Shown piece after piece: positions 12,375 to 24,825 of a stretch of DNA of 37,448 nt (its first letter is position 1; each line of letters starts with the position of its first letter). A program made the translations under genes and the position numbers. The notes below the pieces were generated by a model. The model had not been told where the DNA came from. It was given only the letters and a program-made list of their open reading frames with translations, and ran no database searches. Source of the stretch: Phoronis australis (lineage: Eukaryota > Animalia > Phoronida); NCBI GenBank assembly GCA_002633005.1, contig NMRA01000251.1, positions 539,100 to 576,547 on the forward strand, written 5' to 3'.

Positions 12375-13175
12375 TATCTATACATACTACAAGGAATTCC
12401 ATGGGTGCTTCACTTCAGCCGTCCAGGTCAAACACAAAACTCAAGGAATTTACACAAAACAGGGGTTAGCAAACCATGAGCAATTGTTCTTCTGATAGTA
12501 TCATTTACAGTGTCCTGCTCCAGCGAATTTGCAACAAATTTGCGGTCGAAGCACAAAATTCTTCCCAAAAAGCCGATGCGTACTGTCAATGTGTCCCACA
12601 CGAGTCGGTATGGAATTATTCGATGACTTACGGATCGGCGGCAATTGCCGGTTTATTGCGGAAGGTTACGAATGGTCTGAGTTATTGATGTTATGACCTT
12701 CCGTGACAAATCGTCAATTTCCGTGAGGCACACTGACTACCCATCGGCTTTTTGGGAAGATTTTTGTGCTTTGACCGCGACTTGGTTGCGAACTCGCTGG
12801 AGCTGGACACTGTAAATGCTACCAGAAGAAAGAACAACTGCCCGTGGTTTGTTGAACCCCTGTTTTGTTTAAATTTATTGAGTTTTGTGTTTGATATGGA
12901 TGGCTGAAGTGAAGCACCTGTGGAATTCCTTGTTCGAGTGTCATACCTTGTAGTAGTGTATTGGAGACAATCAGAAGCTGAGGACGCCTATGGTGTGAGG
13001 CCTGTGAGGCATAATTCGTCGAAGAGCTCCCTACATATGGACGGCCTGTGGGATGCATTCTACCATCTCTACTGTGGCCAGGTGAGAGGGTGGTACTGTC
13101 TGTGTTCACCGAGGACTTGAATTCGGGATCTTCAGTGTATAAGTCAAGCATCCGAACCGATCGACCATGAGAGGC
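12200..13175 (-). mobile_element. Degenerate tRNA-derived SINE, interrupted by a MITE
   Basis: The minus-strand head has an A-box-like TGGTCGATCGG and a B-box-like GAATTCAAGTCC (~13110-13170). The body appears to continue across the MITE TSD; the left end is approximate. Confidence 0.55.
12284..12992. mobile_element. 709-bp foldback MITE, 8-bp TSD (GTGTGAGG), same family as 9653-9744
   Basis: Imperfect inverted arms longer than 250 bp; TSD at 12276-12283 and 12993-13000; termini match the 92-bp element. The left part is also present in copy A from ~10274. Confidence 0.9.
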
Positions 13176-13529
13176 TTTATTTGACTTACATCAGTTGTAT
13201 GTCTCACCCGAAACTGGGAAATTCTCCATACTCCAAACAGGAAGTGTGGTGGTGTCAGATCGCAGAATCACTAATGGTGCTCCAAACTGTTGGTTGTGGG
13301 CCTCTGTAGAAAAATCCACGTGTTCATTACTTTACTTTAGCCAACCCTAAAATTGTAAATTTGACATGTACACATAGGCTGTGACTTGAATTGCCAGCTC
13401 ATTTGGCAACCATCCAATGAGCATCTAATTTGTATTTATTGCCTCCAAATTTGCATTTTTGACATGCTTTCTTAAATATCAGGAATTATATAATCATTTT
13501 GCAGATACAGACTTTTGTGCATGTTGCAG

Positions 13530-13748
13530 AGTTCCCAGTTGAAGAGAATATGTCTTGATGGTGCCGAGATCTGTGAATCGGATATTGACAAGAAGCAGTT
13601 TGCATTCCGTCTCCGCCCAGCTAGCAGCAAGCGCTATTACTACTTCCATTGTGACGATGAGGAGACTCAACAACAGTGGATGCAGGCCATATGTTTCGCC
13701 AAAGCAGCCAGTAAATCAGACGCCTCAGCTACATGCGTCGTGCAGTGA
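13530..13748 (+). CDS. PH-domain/CaaX protein exon 2 (terminal)
   Basis: ttgcag acceptor, phase 0. SSQLKRICLDGAEIC...KKQFAFRL...RYYYFHCDDEETQQQWMQAI gives PH b4-b7 plus the C-terminal helix with its invariant Trp. Ends CVVQ-stop. Confidence 0.9.
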   Translation, partial: SSQLKRICLDGAEICESDIDKKQFAFRLRPASSKRYYYFHCDDEETQQQWMQAICFAKAASKSDASATCVVQ

Positions 13749-14061
13749 ATAACTGTTCATTTTGTTTAACTGTAATCAAAATAAGTCATCAAAACTGACC
13801 TTTTTTATTTTTCAAGCACTTATAAAATTCCATATTGGTACCTTGTGGAAGAAACTACCACACCATGGGTCTCTATGTTTGTCATCGCATTCACTATGGC
13901 TAATCCTTCACAAGATAGAGTTGTACAAAGTGGTCCTAACAACTATTCAACGTGTTAACAAAGGTGGAACTTAGTTGTACAGAGAATTTTGTAAAACAGC
14001 ACTCCTCAAGGTAACCCTATGTATCTGTAAGGTTAAAGTTAAGGTCCTTCTGTTTATCTGA

Positions 14062-14517
14062 AAGGGAAACTAAACCATGTTTTGGCCTATTTGCAGATAT
14101 TTACAATTGCTTTCCCAACCAGCTGCGTGTAACTAAATACATTGGTGGCGCAGCACTGAAAAAAGTGGGGTGCTTTAGCCCCCCCAGCCCCGCCTGTGGT
14201 GCGCTGCCCATAGACCATGTTCTGAGCAGCATTGAAAAAGTGGGGCTATAGCCCCCCTCCAGCCCCCTATGGTGCATCGCCCATGAAATAGTGTTATGTA
14301 ACCCTTGTTAACCCTAGCAAGCGTAACCTACACTGTAGTTGAGTTATCAGGACAACTGTGGGAAAAGGCTACCAACCAAGAATCATAGTGCCCATTCTTT
14401 GACAAAGTGGGTATGTTTTTAGTTGTGTCCTGCTTTTATCACTCAGGTGAGAATCCAATCAAGCGACAGAATGAGGATTGGTTGAAATAACCAAAACAAG
14501 ATTTTGTATCCTTTTAA
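14062..14517. mobile_element. Non-autonomous TIR element (Kolobok-like, AAAGGAYACTAAACC termini)
   Basis: Left end aaagggaaactaaaccatgttttgg; right end ccaaaacaagattttgtatccttttaa; shares sequence with 15633-15978. Confidence 0.5.
14140..14285. mobile_element. Dimeric MITE with CATGGGCG-type TIRs and 5-bp TSD (AAATA)
   Basis: TSD at 14135-14139 and 14286-14290; homologous to 30512-30629. Confidence 0.8.
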
Positions 14518-15632
14518 GTCCCAATGTTGTTACATTTAGGGGGAGTTATTGTATGTTTCTTAAAAGTAGGCTGCAAGATAACTGTAAAGGTTGTAATGAG
14601 ACGGAACCGTTTATGGTTTGTTTGTAATAAGAATACAAATATGAATGCGTTTTTGCAAAAAATGGTGCAGTTTCAGTATCAAGAATGCAAATTTCACAGT
14701 CCACACTAGTTGGTAACCTAACCTTGTTTCAGAGCTGAGTGTTGACTAAGTCCACACATGTCCGTGATTCACAAAAGAAATGTTGAAACCCTCCCAGTGA
14801 TGCTCCCCAGTTGGTTAACAAAAGTGAATATTAATTCTAGTCTACTGCATTTGGGTACATTAACTAAAGGCCACGGAATAGTGGGTTTCATCATTTTGTG
14901 CGGATACTAGTCACCCCATTTCACTTAGAGATCACTTAAAGTACAAAGCAACAGTAGTACAACATACAGTTTGCTCATCATGACGGCTACAGTACAAGTT
15001 AAATTTAAAGTAATCATCCATTGCAACTAATTCTGTTAAATCCAAAAATAACTGGTGATAACTATTATGATAGCAAACTTTAATTGTAAAACAACCTGGC
15101 GATATATTCAACTTCCACCCAGCTCTCGTGATGGAGAGTTTTGTCTGAATACTTTTGGCATGCACTGTATTTCCCGTCTTATGACGTGCCGAGGGCCACA
15201 ATTTCTGAACCATTCTTGAACCGGTTATACTTTGGACCACTTCACCTGAGCTTTATAGGACCAACACACTTTTGAAACTCCCTCCTGCACCACCATCTTG
15301 TCTCGCTTTTTTGACATACATTCAATTTTATATTTTTATATTACATATATCATTGTGCTATTCCCTGGATGTATGGTTTTTGTGCTTTTCGACACTTTCC
15401 TCCTTATATTTCACGGCTACAACTTATTAAAGAACAAATCCACTTGCATGGCATGTGCAGCCAATGTGAAATTGCATTTTATTAATTGATTTGCATTTTT
15501 ACCTCACAGGCGGGTGGTTGGTATTTTGTTAAGTAATTTTGTTGTACAACTTGAAGCTGCCTTTTGCCCTGTTCATTTGGTTAAGAAGCAAAATCGAACT
15601 AGGCCTTTACTGTGATAAAATTGGTGTCTTAA

Positions 15633-15978
15633 TTAAAAGGATACTAAACCTGCTTTTGGCCTATTAACAGATGTTAACAACCACATTCCCATTCAATTCC
15701 CTGACACAAAATAATGCTGTGTAACTCTCTCATCAACCTTCAAACATTTGGAGCAACTTTTAAAAATGACTTACAAAGAGTGATCTACGCTCTAGGCGAG
15801 TTACAAAACTTTGGAAAGACCTCTGGCCAAAAACCATAATCTGTGACTCTGTAAGTATATGTTTTACCTGCACCCTGATTTTATCATTCAAGTGAGACGC
15901 CAATGGTCCATTAGCAGAATACAGAATACAGATTAATTGATTGAAATCACCAAAGCAAGGTTTAGTGTCCTTTTATTA
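15633..15978. mobile_element. Non-autonomous TIR element (Kolobok-like)
   Basis: Inverted ends aaaaggatactaaacctgcttttgg and ccaaagcaaggtttagtgtcctttt. Confidence 0.6.
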
Positions 15979-18900
15979 GTCCTCACATTTATAGAAGTTG
16001 CAGGCAGTACTTACATGCGCCATTTTCAAATTCGCAACTTTTGGGCTGATGGTTTTGATTTGTAAGGGAAATGGAACCCTTTCTGTAAGGAATATTTTGA
16101 GATTGATTTCATGAGAGTAAAAGGCCCAATTCATTTTTACTCTACTAAACGGGGCAAAATGGAACTTTTTTTATTTTCATGATGCTGCCTTTTAAAGCTG
16201 AGATATGTACTTAATAAATGACTGCAGGTGTTATTAAAAATAGATCAAAAATAGTAACCATATTTGTCAAAATTGTTTCTGACACAGTCGTACTTGATAA
16301 CTAAAGAATGACCAAGTAAGGTATATTGAATTAAGTGTTATTTATTTTTTGTATTTATCACCTATTTTTGTTGTATTTAAATAATAATTTGTCTTGTGGT
16401 TTGAATGAGGTTGTGTTTTAGTTGTTTTTTTTTGAAATTGCAACTGTTGATGAAATGATTGCATAGATAGTGGAAGCAATGATTTATCCATAACATACAC
16501 CTGTAGAAAACCTTGGATAGAGCACCCAATTTTAGTCTTACCTGGTAACAATTTGTGGTATTGTAAAATAACCACTTTAAGGTAATTTAAATGTAGACTA
16601 GATCAAAACGTCATTACCAACTTTTGGGGCAATTGTTTAAGAAAACCTCATTTAGTCCTTGGGAGCTCACTGTTTTTGTCTGAACATCAGCAGTTAGGAG
16701 ATTTTCCAAGAGTAAAAACAAGTTAAAGAGATGTTAATTGCAGATCAAACTCTTTCAGCTTATTTATTTTTATTTATTTATTTCTTGACTATAAGCATAA
16801 GCATGTTTTTGGACTTCTCTGTTCAAGAGAGGGGTATATGTCAGCTGTGTTCCAATGCAGGTATAAGAGAATTCTTATCGATGGTGCCAGTGAAAATCAA
16901 TGGTTTGTTGTATGTTGTCTGTTTGCCTTGAATTTTGCATCTTAAATAAATACATTTATAGTCAACTGATGAAGTCAATTTTCTCCTAAACCTTTTTGTT
17001 GTGGTGCAACAGTGTGTGTTTACTTTTTGAGTGTTCACCCAGCTCTGGCTGTGTAAGAGGTTAACCTACTCAGGATAACAACAATGACATCTCATTATCC
17101 CTGAATCACCAGCACTTGGATTTCTTACCACAATTGCTTGTTCAATACAAAATACATATTTTTCAGGGCTTGGAATCTTTCTCTTTTAAAATTTCCTCTC
17201 TTTCGGCTTCAATTTCTTATTTAATTTCCAGTTTCCTCTTTTTTGTCTCATCAGTATTTTGGCTTTATTCTTGCAGAAATGTTTATTTCAGTTAAATTTT
17301 GCAACACAAAAGATATTTCTGTCACACAAGCCTATTTGTGGAACAACACATCACCTGAGAAATTTTTCTCTTTTTTGTCATTGATCATTCCAAGCCCTGG
17401 TTGATGAGGTGTCGACCTTCATTAATACTTTTCTCTTTAGTTAGCAGGTGATTGTAATATAGTTTTTATGAAATTAAACAGTGAAAATTATATTTTATCT
17501 AACCCAACTAGATTGTCTGAAACTTGTACTTTAATGAGGCATGGACCGCTTAAGCTGGCCAAAATATCTTTCAAACAAATTCCCAACAAACGTACCATCG
17601 ATTAAGGTCTAGTACACATTAATTCACTTTCCAATGTGAGGAAAGTTCCAGAAAAAATAACTAAATTCACGATTTTTGAAATACATGTGAAGGAAAAACT
17701 GTGGTTACCACAGAGATCCTAATCTCCATCACACTTATGATGCATGCGTTCAGTCAGTTGCTTGAGGTCAAAGGTCACACTTTCCATTTAAGGGAAATGT
17801 GTTACGTGTATGTGAATTTCACTGAAGCTTTTTGATATTTATCCCATACGCATTGAATCAGTAGAATGCAATATGGCCATGTAATAATGTTTTCCGTATT
17901 CACCTCCCGCACTACTTCAACAGCGACCTATGACATGGAAAGTTCAAAAGGTAGGTCAGCGTCGCTAGCCGGTTCGATCATCAAACTTTCCGAATATAGT
18001 TTAAAGTAATACAGTTGCAGCAGTATAAAAAACACTCGACATGCAATCAGGCCCTAAACGTAACATCTGCTACAAAACTGTTAATTGTATGACACTTCTG
18101 TCTCAGTTTTCAATTTGTTAAATTTATACCGTCTGCAACTCAGGCACCGATTCCTCGGTACCTACAATATCAAATGTTGTTATTTAACTATTTTCAGGAG
18201 ATGTTACAAGTTCAATGAAAAGCTACCCTTGTTTTTATCTTTGTTATCTCTTTTCAAGTAATAAATCGTTACATTTAAAACTGTTTCTTTTACTAGAGAA
18301 AACTTGCAACCTAACGCGCAAGTACATGTACATAAGATGTGATCCGCCACGTGAAGAGTCTGAGTGAGGTATTTAAAAATCTGCCGAAAAAATGAAAGAA
18401 ACTTAGGAATTCGAAGCGTACGGGATAAATACAAAACGTACCTCGATTGTCATAGAAGAAGTAATATCCCACTGGACATAATTCCGTCGGTCTCGGTCGA
18501 TACGCGGAATAATGTCTCATGGAATATTACTTCATGTACGCCATTCTGGGTACGTTTTGTGTATTTAAAAGTCGACATAGCCTGGTACAGAATACCCCTC
18601 GTGACAGGAAATATTGCGCGGTACTGAGCATTGTTGGTCCACCTGCAAAGCAAAAAATGTGCGTGAGACGAGAAAAATGGTTCCTGAGGAGGGAATAGCA
18701 CACGCGAGAGAATAAATTCGTGCACGGGCGAGTCCGAGCCGTGTACAGGCAGGGAAGTCCACTTATCTTTATTCGTAAAATGCACATTCAATTCGGCTGA
18801 GCAGTTACATTCACTAATCACGGCAAGTCAGTTTCCGTGCCCGTTGGCTAAAGGTAGTCACACAGGCTTACCACACGTTACTTATCCGTTATGTATCCAG

Positions 18901-20479
18901 TAAAAGGTTGTGATACTGGAAACATGGCGATTTAATAAACTATGGATAAGCAGTTGTGCTTGGTGTACTTTTGCAGTTGGTCGATTTATTTAAAGAATGC
19001 GACTTCTACATTTCAATAATGTAGCAGGTAAGCCTAAAGGCATCATAGACTACAGTTGCGAATCTGTTGTCAAAAATCTATGATGGCATAGAATTCTTTG
19101 AAAATTTCATCGTTACCGCCATTTGCCATGAAAATATTTAAGACATGCAATAAAGATAAATGCTACTGAAAAAGAAGTTAAATTTTATTTAACCGAGCCC
19201 TATGTTACACTTATTTATGCGTTGAGCTTACACGACTTCTTAGCAACGAAGGTTAGTGAACATTAGTGAACAAACTGCTTTGTTTCCAAGACATATTATA
19301 AAGATAACATCACAGTGTTAGCAACAATGAGCTATCTTATTGGTTAGCACGACGATAGAAATGTTAATCGGAAAGGTATTTTGCCTCAAAATGTCCATTT
19401 CAACTTCTCATACTTCTCATAATGACTGATTTGGTAGTCACAAAATATTTAACAATTGGAGCCCACGTGCCGATTTTTTGCTCAAATTTTGTGAAACTGG
19501 CCTTCTGAGAGTGACGAAAGCTTAAGTCTTACTAATTGTAATTTCACAATGTTTGACAAACAATCATGTTAAAAATCAGTCTTGGACTAGCTCTTCCATT
19601 GAATATATTTAAGATTTTTTGACTCCCTTCTCGCAAGTTTTGCTGTTCAGCACGCATTTGGTTCCGCCAGGCTCCGGCTGGACGCCATTTTGCTGTGTTT
19701 TGTGAACACGACGCCATACAACTGCTTCAAAACGGACACGGTTAAACATAATCAAGAATGGAAAAGAGTGAGATTTACTTCCATCATCGTGTATCCCTCT
19801 AAAAATTACCTTTCGTAACATGAATGGTTGTACGATTTCACAAAAACAGAAAAATAGAGGCAATCCATTCCATCATTGGGCGGGCCTTCTTTCCGTGAGA
19901 GGCCCTTTAAGAAGTTGTCAATAAAAAGCACGAAAAAGGTTGCGCATGGATGCCATCAACGGACCCTATCCAAGGTCTGGGCACTTAAGTATGAAAGGAC
20001 CCATAATTTCAATAAAACAGGAAATTAGCACCAGAGAATCTGCTGCCTGTTTAATTTTTATCAAGTGATATACAATTTTGGCACCAAACGATAAAAGACA
20101 GCGACTGATGACTCTGTTATTCTTTGCCGGAGAGGGGTCGATGGTGAAATATATCTTTGCATTCCCTAAAATTGTCTTCTTGATAAAAATCCAGTTAAAT
20201 AATATTCTTTACAGAAACTGTGCTTTACAAATTTTCTTGAGTTCGAAATATATGTATGAATGATTACGCGTACGTAAATAGGCCCCATAACAACGATGTC
20301 CTGGCCAGGGCCCTCAAAGGGTAAATCAAGCACTGGCCGTTGACAAATGTTCTTTTGAAATTTCTCTCTTCCCCGTGTATTGCTTTTCTCGACTGCCTCC
20401 GGGGACAAGCCTGTACCGGTTGCGACGGCTTAACCCTGACGCCAGCTCACTGGAATTGTCAGACAACAGAACTTTTCGA

Positions 20480-20625
20480 CTATACTTCGTATACACATTC
20501 TTCGCACACGGTCATTATTTCCGGTTCCCACTTTTCTGTCTGCACGTGAGATTGGTGCATATCATACTTCTTGCGCAGAACACCTGTAGCAACTTTTAGC
20601 ACTGCATTCTGGTCAGCATTCGCAT
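20480..20625 (-). CDS. SLC30 (ZnT) terminal exon, duplicate copy
   Basis: Same translation as 24680-24825; one synonymous difference seen, at 20537. Confidence 0.7.
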
Positions 20626-21054
20626 CTGAAAAGAACATTAAGTTACCAATACAAATTTTGTATTTAGCCGTATGTCCTAAGACACAGTGAGATGAAGGAG
20701 AGTATCTACAGATTTTCCAAATTTTATGTATGATTATGCATAATTATCAAATCTGTTTGTATTTTGACTGTACTCAGCGGTATATACTGTAAAACTGCAT
20801 GCGAAATAGTTTACTGGGAACATTCCCGGATACAGGTCTATTTGCCATTATTTGTGAACTTACTATATGTCTGTTGATGTAACCGGCGAAGTTAACTCGG
20901 GAATAAAAAGTTATTATTATTCTATGTTGTGGCGTCTTAGTGTTTGCAATCAGCCACCAATAAGAGACTGCGTTTTTTGGGAGTTGGCTTGATAATGTTT
21001 CCGATTGAATCGAAGAATTATGGCTATATCCCTTCAATTTTCGGATCCTCAAGG

Positions 21055-21322
21055 GATGCACGCATCCAGGGAGGGCTCGAGGGCTCAAACGAGCCCACCA
21101 TTTGGCGAAGTGGGTAAAAAGGTCCACCTCAGAGAAACAAAAAGTCCGAGAAAACGAGACAAAAGTCCACTAAAAAGGCGCAAACGCACAGTTGCACAGT
21201 TCACACACCTGAAGGTGGTACCCCGTTTTTTATTTAGTCCTCCCGCTTTTTTGTTAGCAAAAGGTCCACTTTGTCAGAGATTCGAGCCCACCCCCCCATA
21301 TTAAAAGCTGGGTGCGCGCATG
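21055..21322. mobile_element. MITE with CATGCGCGCACCCAG-type TIRs (duplicated at 25255-25522)
   Basis: Inverted termini; homologous in reverse orientation to 33156-33424. Confidence 0.7.
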
Positions 21323-24300
21323 CAGTGGTCGTCAACAATATTCGGCCCACCACCTTTCCGTAGCAGATAATTTTCCCGTTCGCGATACCTTAAAGTGGCG
21401 TCCGGAGCACGTTTCACCTTCTTCCCCAAAAGCATCTGCCAGTGGTTTATTTTAGTAGATAGTTAAATGAAACCTCCATGAAATGGACCCCCATCTTTTG
21501 ACACGTTTTCAACGAACTAAAAAGTTTTTTTAAAAGGCCGGAGATAGTTGTTGAATGACCTTTGTAAGTAATGTGTCGTGCTACACCGGTCAACGGACCT
21601 AAACTACCCGTTACACCACTAATGTCCCCTGGCTACAGACAATAGTGATAGGCATATTGAAGTAGNTTTTTATGAAATTAAACAGTGAAAATATATATTC
21701 TGATTATTTTTATGTTTTATCTAACTCAACTAGATTGTCAGAAACTTGTACTGTAATGAGGCATGGACCGCTTAAGCTCGCCAAAAATATCTTTCAAACA
21801 ATTCCCAACAAACGTACCATCGAGTAACGTCTAGTACACATTAATTCACTTTCCAATGTGAGGAATTTTCCAGAAAAAATCAGAACTAAATTCACGATTT
21901 TTGAAATACATGTGAAGGAAAAACTGTGGTTACCACAGAGTTTCTAATCTCCATCTCACTTATGATAAATGCGCTCAGTCAGTTGCTTGAGGTCAAAGGT
22001 CCCACACTTTCCATTTAAGGGAAATGTGTTACGTGTTTGTGAATTTCAGTGAAGCTTTTTGATATTTATCCCATACGCATTGAATCAGTAGAACGCAATA
22101 TGGCCATGTAATAATGTTTTCCGTATTCACCTCCCGCACTACTTCAACAGTGACCTATGACATGGAAATTTCAAAAGGTAGGTCAGTGTCGCTAGCCGGT
22201 TCGATCATCAAACTTTCCGAATATAGTTTAAAGTAATACAGTTGCAGCAGTATAAATAACACTCGACATGCAACCAGGCCTTAAACGTAATATCTGGTAC
22301 AAAACTATTAATTATATGACACTTCTGTCTCAGTTTTCAATTTGCTAAATTTATACCGTCTGCAACTCAGGCACCGATTCCTCGGTACCTACAATATCAA
22401 ATGTTGTTATTTAACTATTTTCAGGAGATGTTTCAAGTTCAATGAAAAGTTACCCTTGTTTTCATCTTTGTTATCTCTTCAAGTAATAAATCGTTACATT
22501 TAAAACTGTTTCTTTTACTAGAGGAAACTTGCAACCTAACGCGCAAGTACATACATATAGGATGTGATCCGCCACGTGAAGAGTCTGAGTGAAGTATTTA
22601 AAAAATCTGCCGAAAAAATGAAAGAAACTTGGGAATTCGAAGTGTATGGGATAAATACAAAACGTACCTCGATTGTCATAAAAGAAGTAATATCCCACTG
22701 GACATTATTCCTTCGGTCTCGGTCGATACGCGAAATAATGTCTCATGGAATATTACTTCATGTACGCCACTCTGGGTACGTTTTGTGTATTTGCTAGTCG
22801 ACATAGCCTGGTACAGAATACCCCCCGTGACAGGAAATAATGCGCGGTACTGAGCATTGTTGGTCCATCTGCAAAGCAAAAAAATGTGCGTGAGACGAGA
22901 AAAATGGTTCCTGAGAAGGGAATAGCACACGCGAGAGAATAAATTTGTGCACGGGCGAGTCCGAGCCGTGTACAGGCAGGGAAGTCCACGTATCTTTATT
23001 CGTAAAATACACATTCAATTCGGCTGAGCAGTTACATTCGATAATCACAGCAAGTCAGTTTCCGTGCCCGTTGGCTAAAGGTAGTCACACAGGATTACCA
23101 CCCGTTGCTTACCCGTTATGTATCTAGTAAAAGGTTGTGATACTGGAAACATGGCGATTTAATAAATTATGGATAAGCAGTTGTGCTTGGTGTACTTTTG
23201 TAGTTGGTCGATTTATATAAAGAATGCGACTTCTACATTTCAATAATGTAGCAGGCATCATAGACTACAGTTGCGAATCTGTTGTCAAAAATCTATGATG
23301 GCATAAAATTCTTTGAAAATTTCATCGTTACCGCCACTTGCCATGAAAATATTTAAGACATGCAATCAAGATAAATGCTACTGAAAAAGAAGTTAAATTT
23401 TATTTAAGCGAGCCCTATGTTACAGTTATTTATGCGTTGAGCTTACACGACTTCTTAGCAACGAAGGTAAGTGAACAAACTGCTTTGTTTCCAAGACATA
23501 TTTAAAGATAACATCACAATGATAGCACCAATGAGCTATCTTACTGGTTAGCACGACGATAGAAATGTTAACCGGAAAGGTATTTTTGCCTGAAAATGTC
23601 CATTTCAACTTCTCATACTTCTCATATTGACTGATTTGGAAGTCACAAAATATAGAATAATTTGAGCCCACGTGCCGATTTTTTATTTAAATTTTGTGGA
23701 AACTGGCCTTCTGAGAGTGACGAAAGCTTACTAATTGTTATAATTTCACAACGTTTGACACACAATCATGTTAAAAATCAGTCTTGGACTAGCTCTACCA
23801 TTGAATATATTTAAGATTTTGTGACTCCCTTCTCGCAAGTTCTGCTGTTCAGCACGCCTTTGGTTCCGCCAGGTTCCGGCTGGACGCCATTTTGCTGTGT
23901 TTTGTGAACACGACGCCATACAGTGCTTCAAAACGGACACGGTTAAACCTAATTACAAAAGGAAAAGAGTGAGATTTACTTCCATCATCGTGTATCCCTC
24001 TAAAAATTACCTTTCGTAACATAAATGGTTGTACGATTTCACAAAAACAGAAAAATAGAGGCAATCAATTCCATCATTGGGCGGGCGTTCTTTCCGTGAG
24101 AGGCCCTTTAAGAAGTTGTCAATAAAAAGCACGAAAAAAGTTGCCATGGATGCCATCAACGGACCCTATTCAAGGTCTGGGCACTTAAGTATGAAAGGAC
24201 CCATAATTTCAAAAAATCAGGAAATTAGCACCAGAGAATCTGCTGTCTGTTTAATTTTTATCAAGTGATATACAATTTTGGGAACAAATGATAAAAGACA

Positions 24301-24679
24301 GTGACTGATGACTCCGTTATTTTTTGCCGGAGAGGGGTCGATGGTGAAATATATCTTTGCATTCCCTAAAATTGTCTTCTTGATAAAAATCCAGTAAAAT
24401 AGTATTCTTTACAGAAACTATGCTTTACAAATTTTCTTGAGTTCGAAATATATGCATGAATGATTACGCGTACGTAAATAGGCCCCATAACAACGATGTC
24501 CTGGCCAGGGCCCTCAAAGGGTAAATCAAGCGCTGGCCGTTGACAAATGTTCTCTTGAAATTTCTCTCTTCCTCATGTATTGCTTTTCTCGACTGCCTCC
24601 GGGGACAAGCCTGTACCGGTTGCGACGGCTTAACCCTGACGACAGCTCACTGGAATTGTCAGACAACAGAACTTTTCTA

Positions 24680-24825
24680 CTATACTTCGTATACACATTC
24701 TTCGCACACGGTCATTATTTCCGGTTCCCACTTTTCAGTCTGCACGTGAGATTGGTGCATATCATACTTCTTGCGCAGAACACCTGTAGCAACTTTTAGC
24801 ACTGCATTCTGGTCAGCATTCGCAT
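24680..24825 (-). CDS. SLC30A2: ZnT2/3/8-like zinc transporter, terminal exon (not in ORF track)
   Basis: ttttcag acceptor, phase 1, matching the upstream exon. Translates (D)ANADQNAVLKVATGVLRKKYDMHQSHVQTEKWEPEIMTVCEECVYEV*, with the Q-x-E strand and terminal CxxC typical of ZnT2/3/8. The symbol denotes the subfamily, not strict orthology. Confidence 0.88.

Larger units (their letters stand above)
8980..12501. repeat. Duplicated block ~8980-10456 = ~11107-12501 flanking an N gap; probably allelic haplotypes
   Basis: Sequence after the gap restarts at cattttgagttcatgttc (matching 8980) and stays collinear with scattered SNPs and indels until tgatagtat. Confidence 0.9.

Noticed and set aside
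18204-20263. Cluster of overlapping ORFs recurring at 22471-24268
   Set aside because: The recurrence is due to the block duplication, several frames are broken by indels between copies, and no domain is recognisable.
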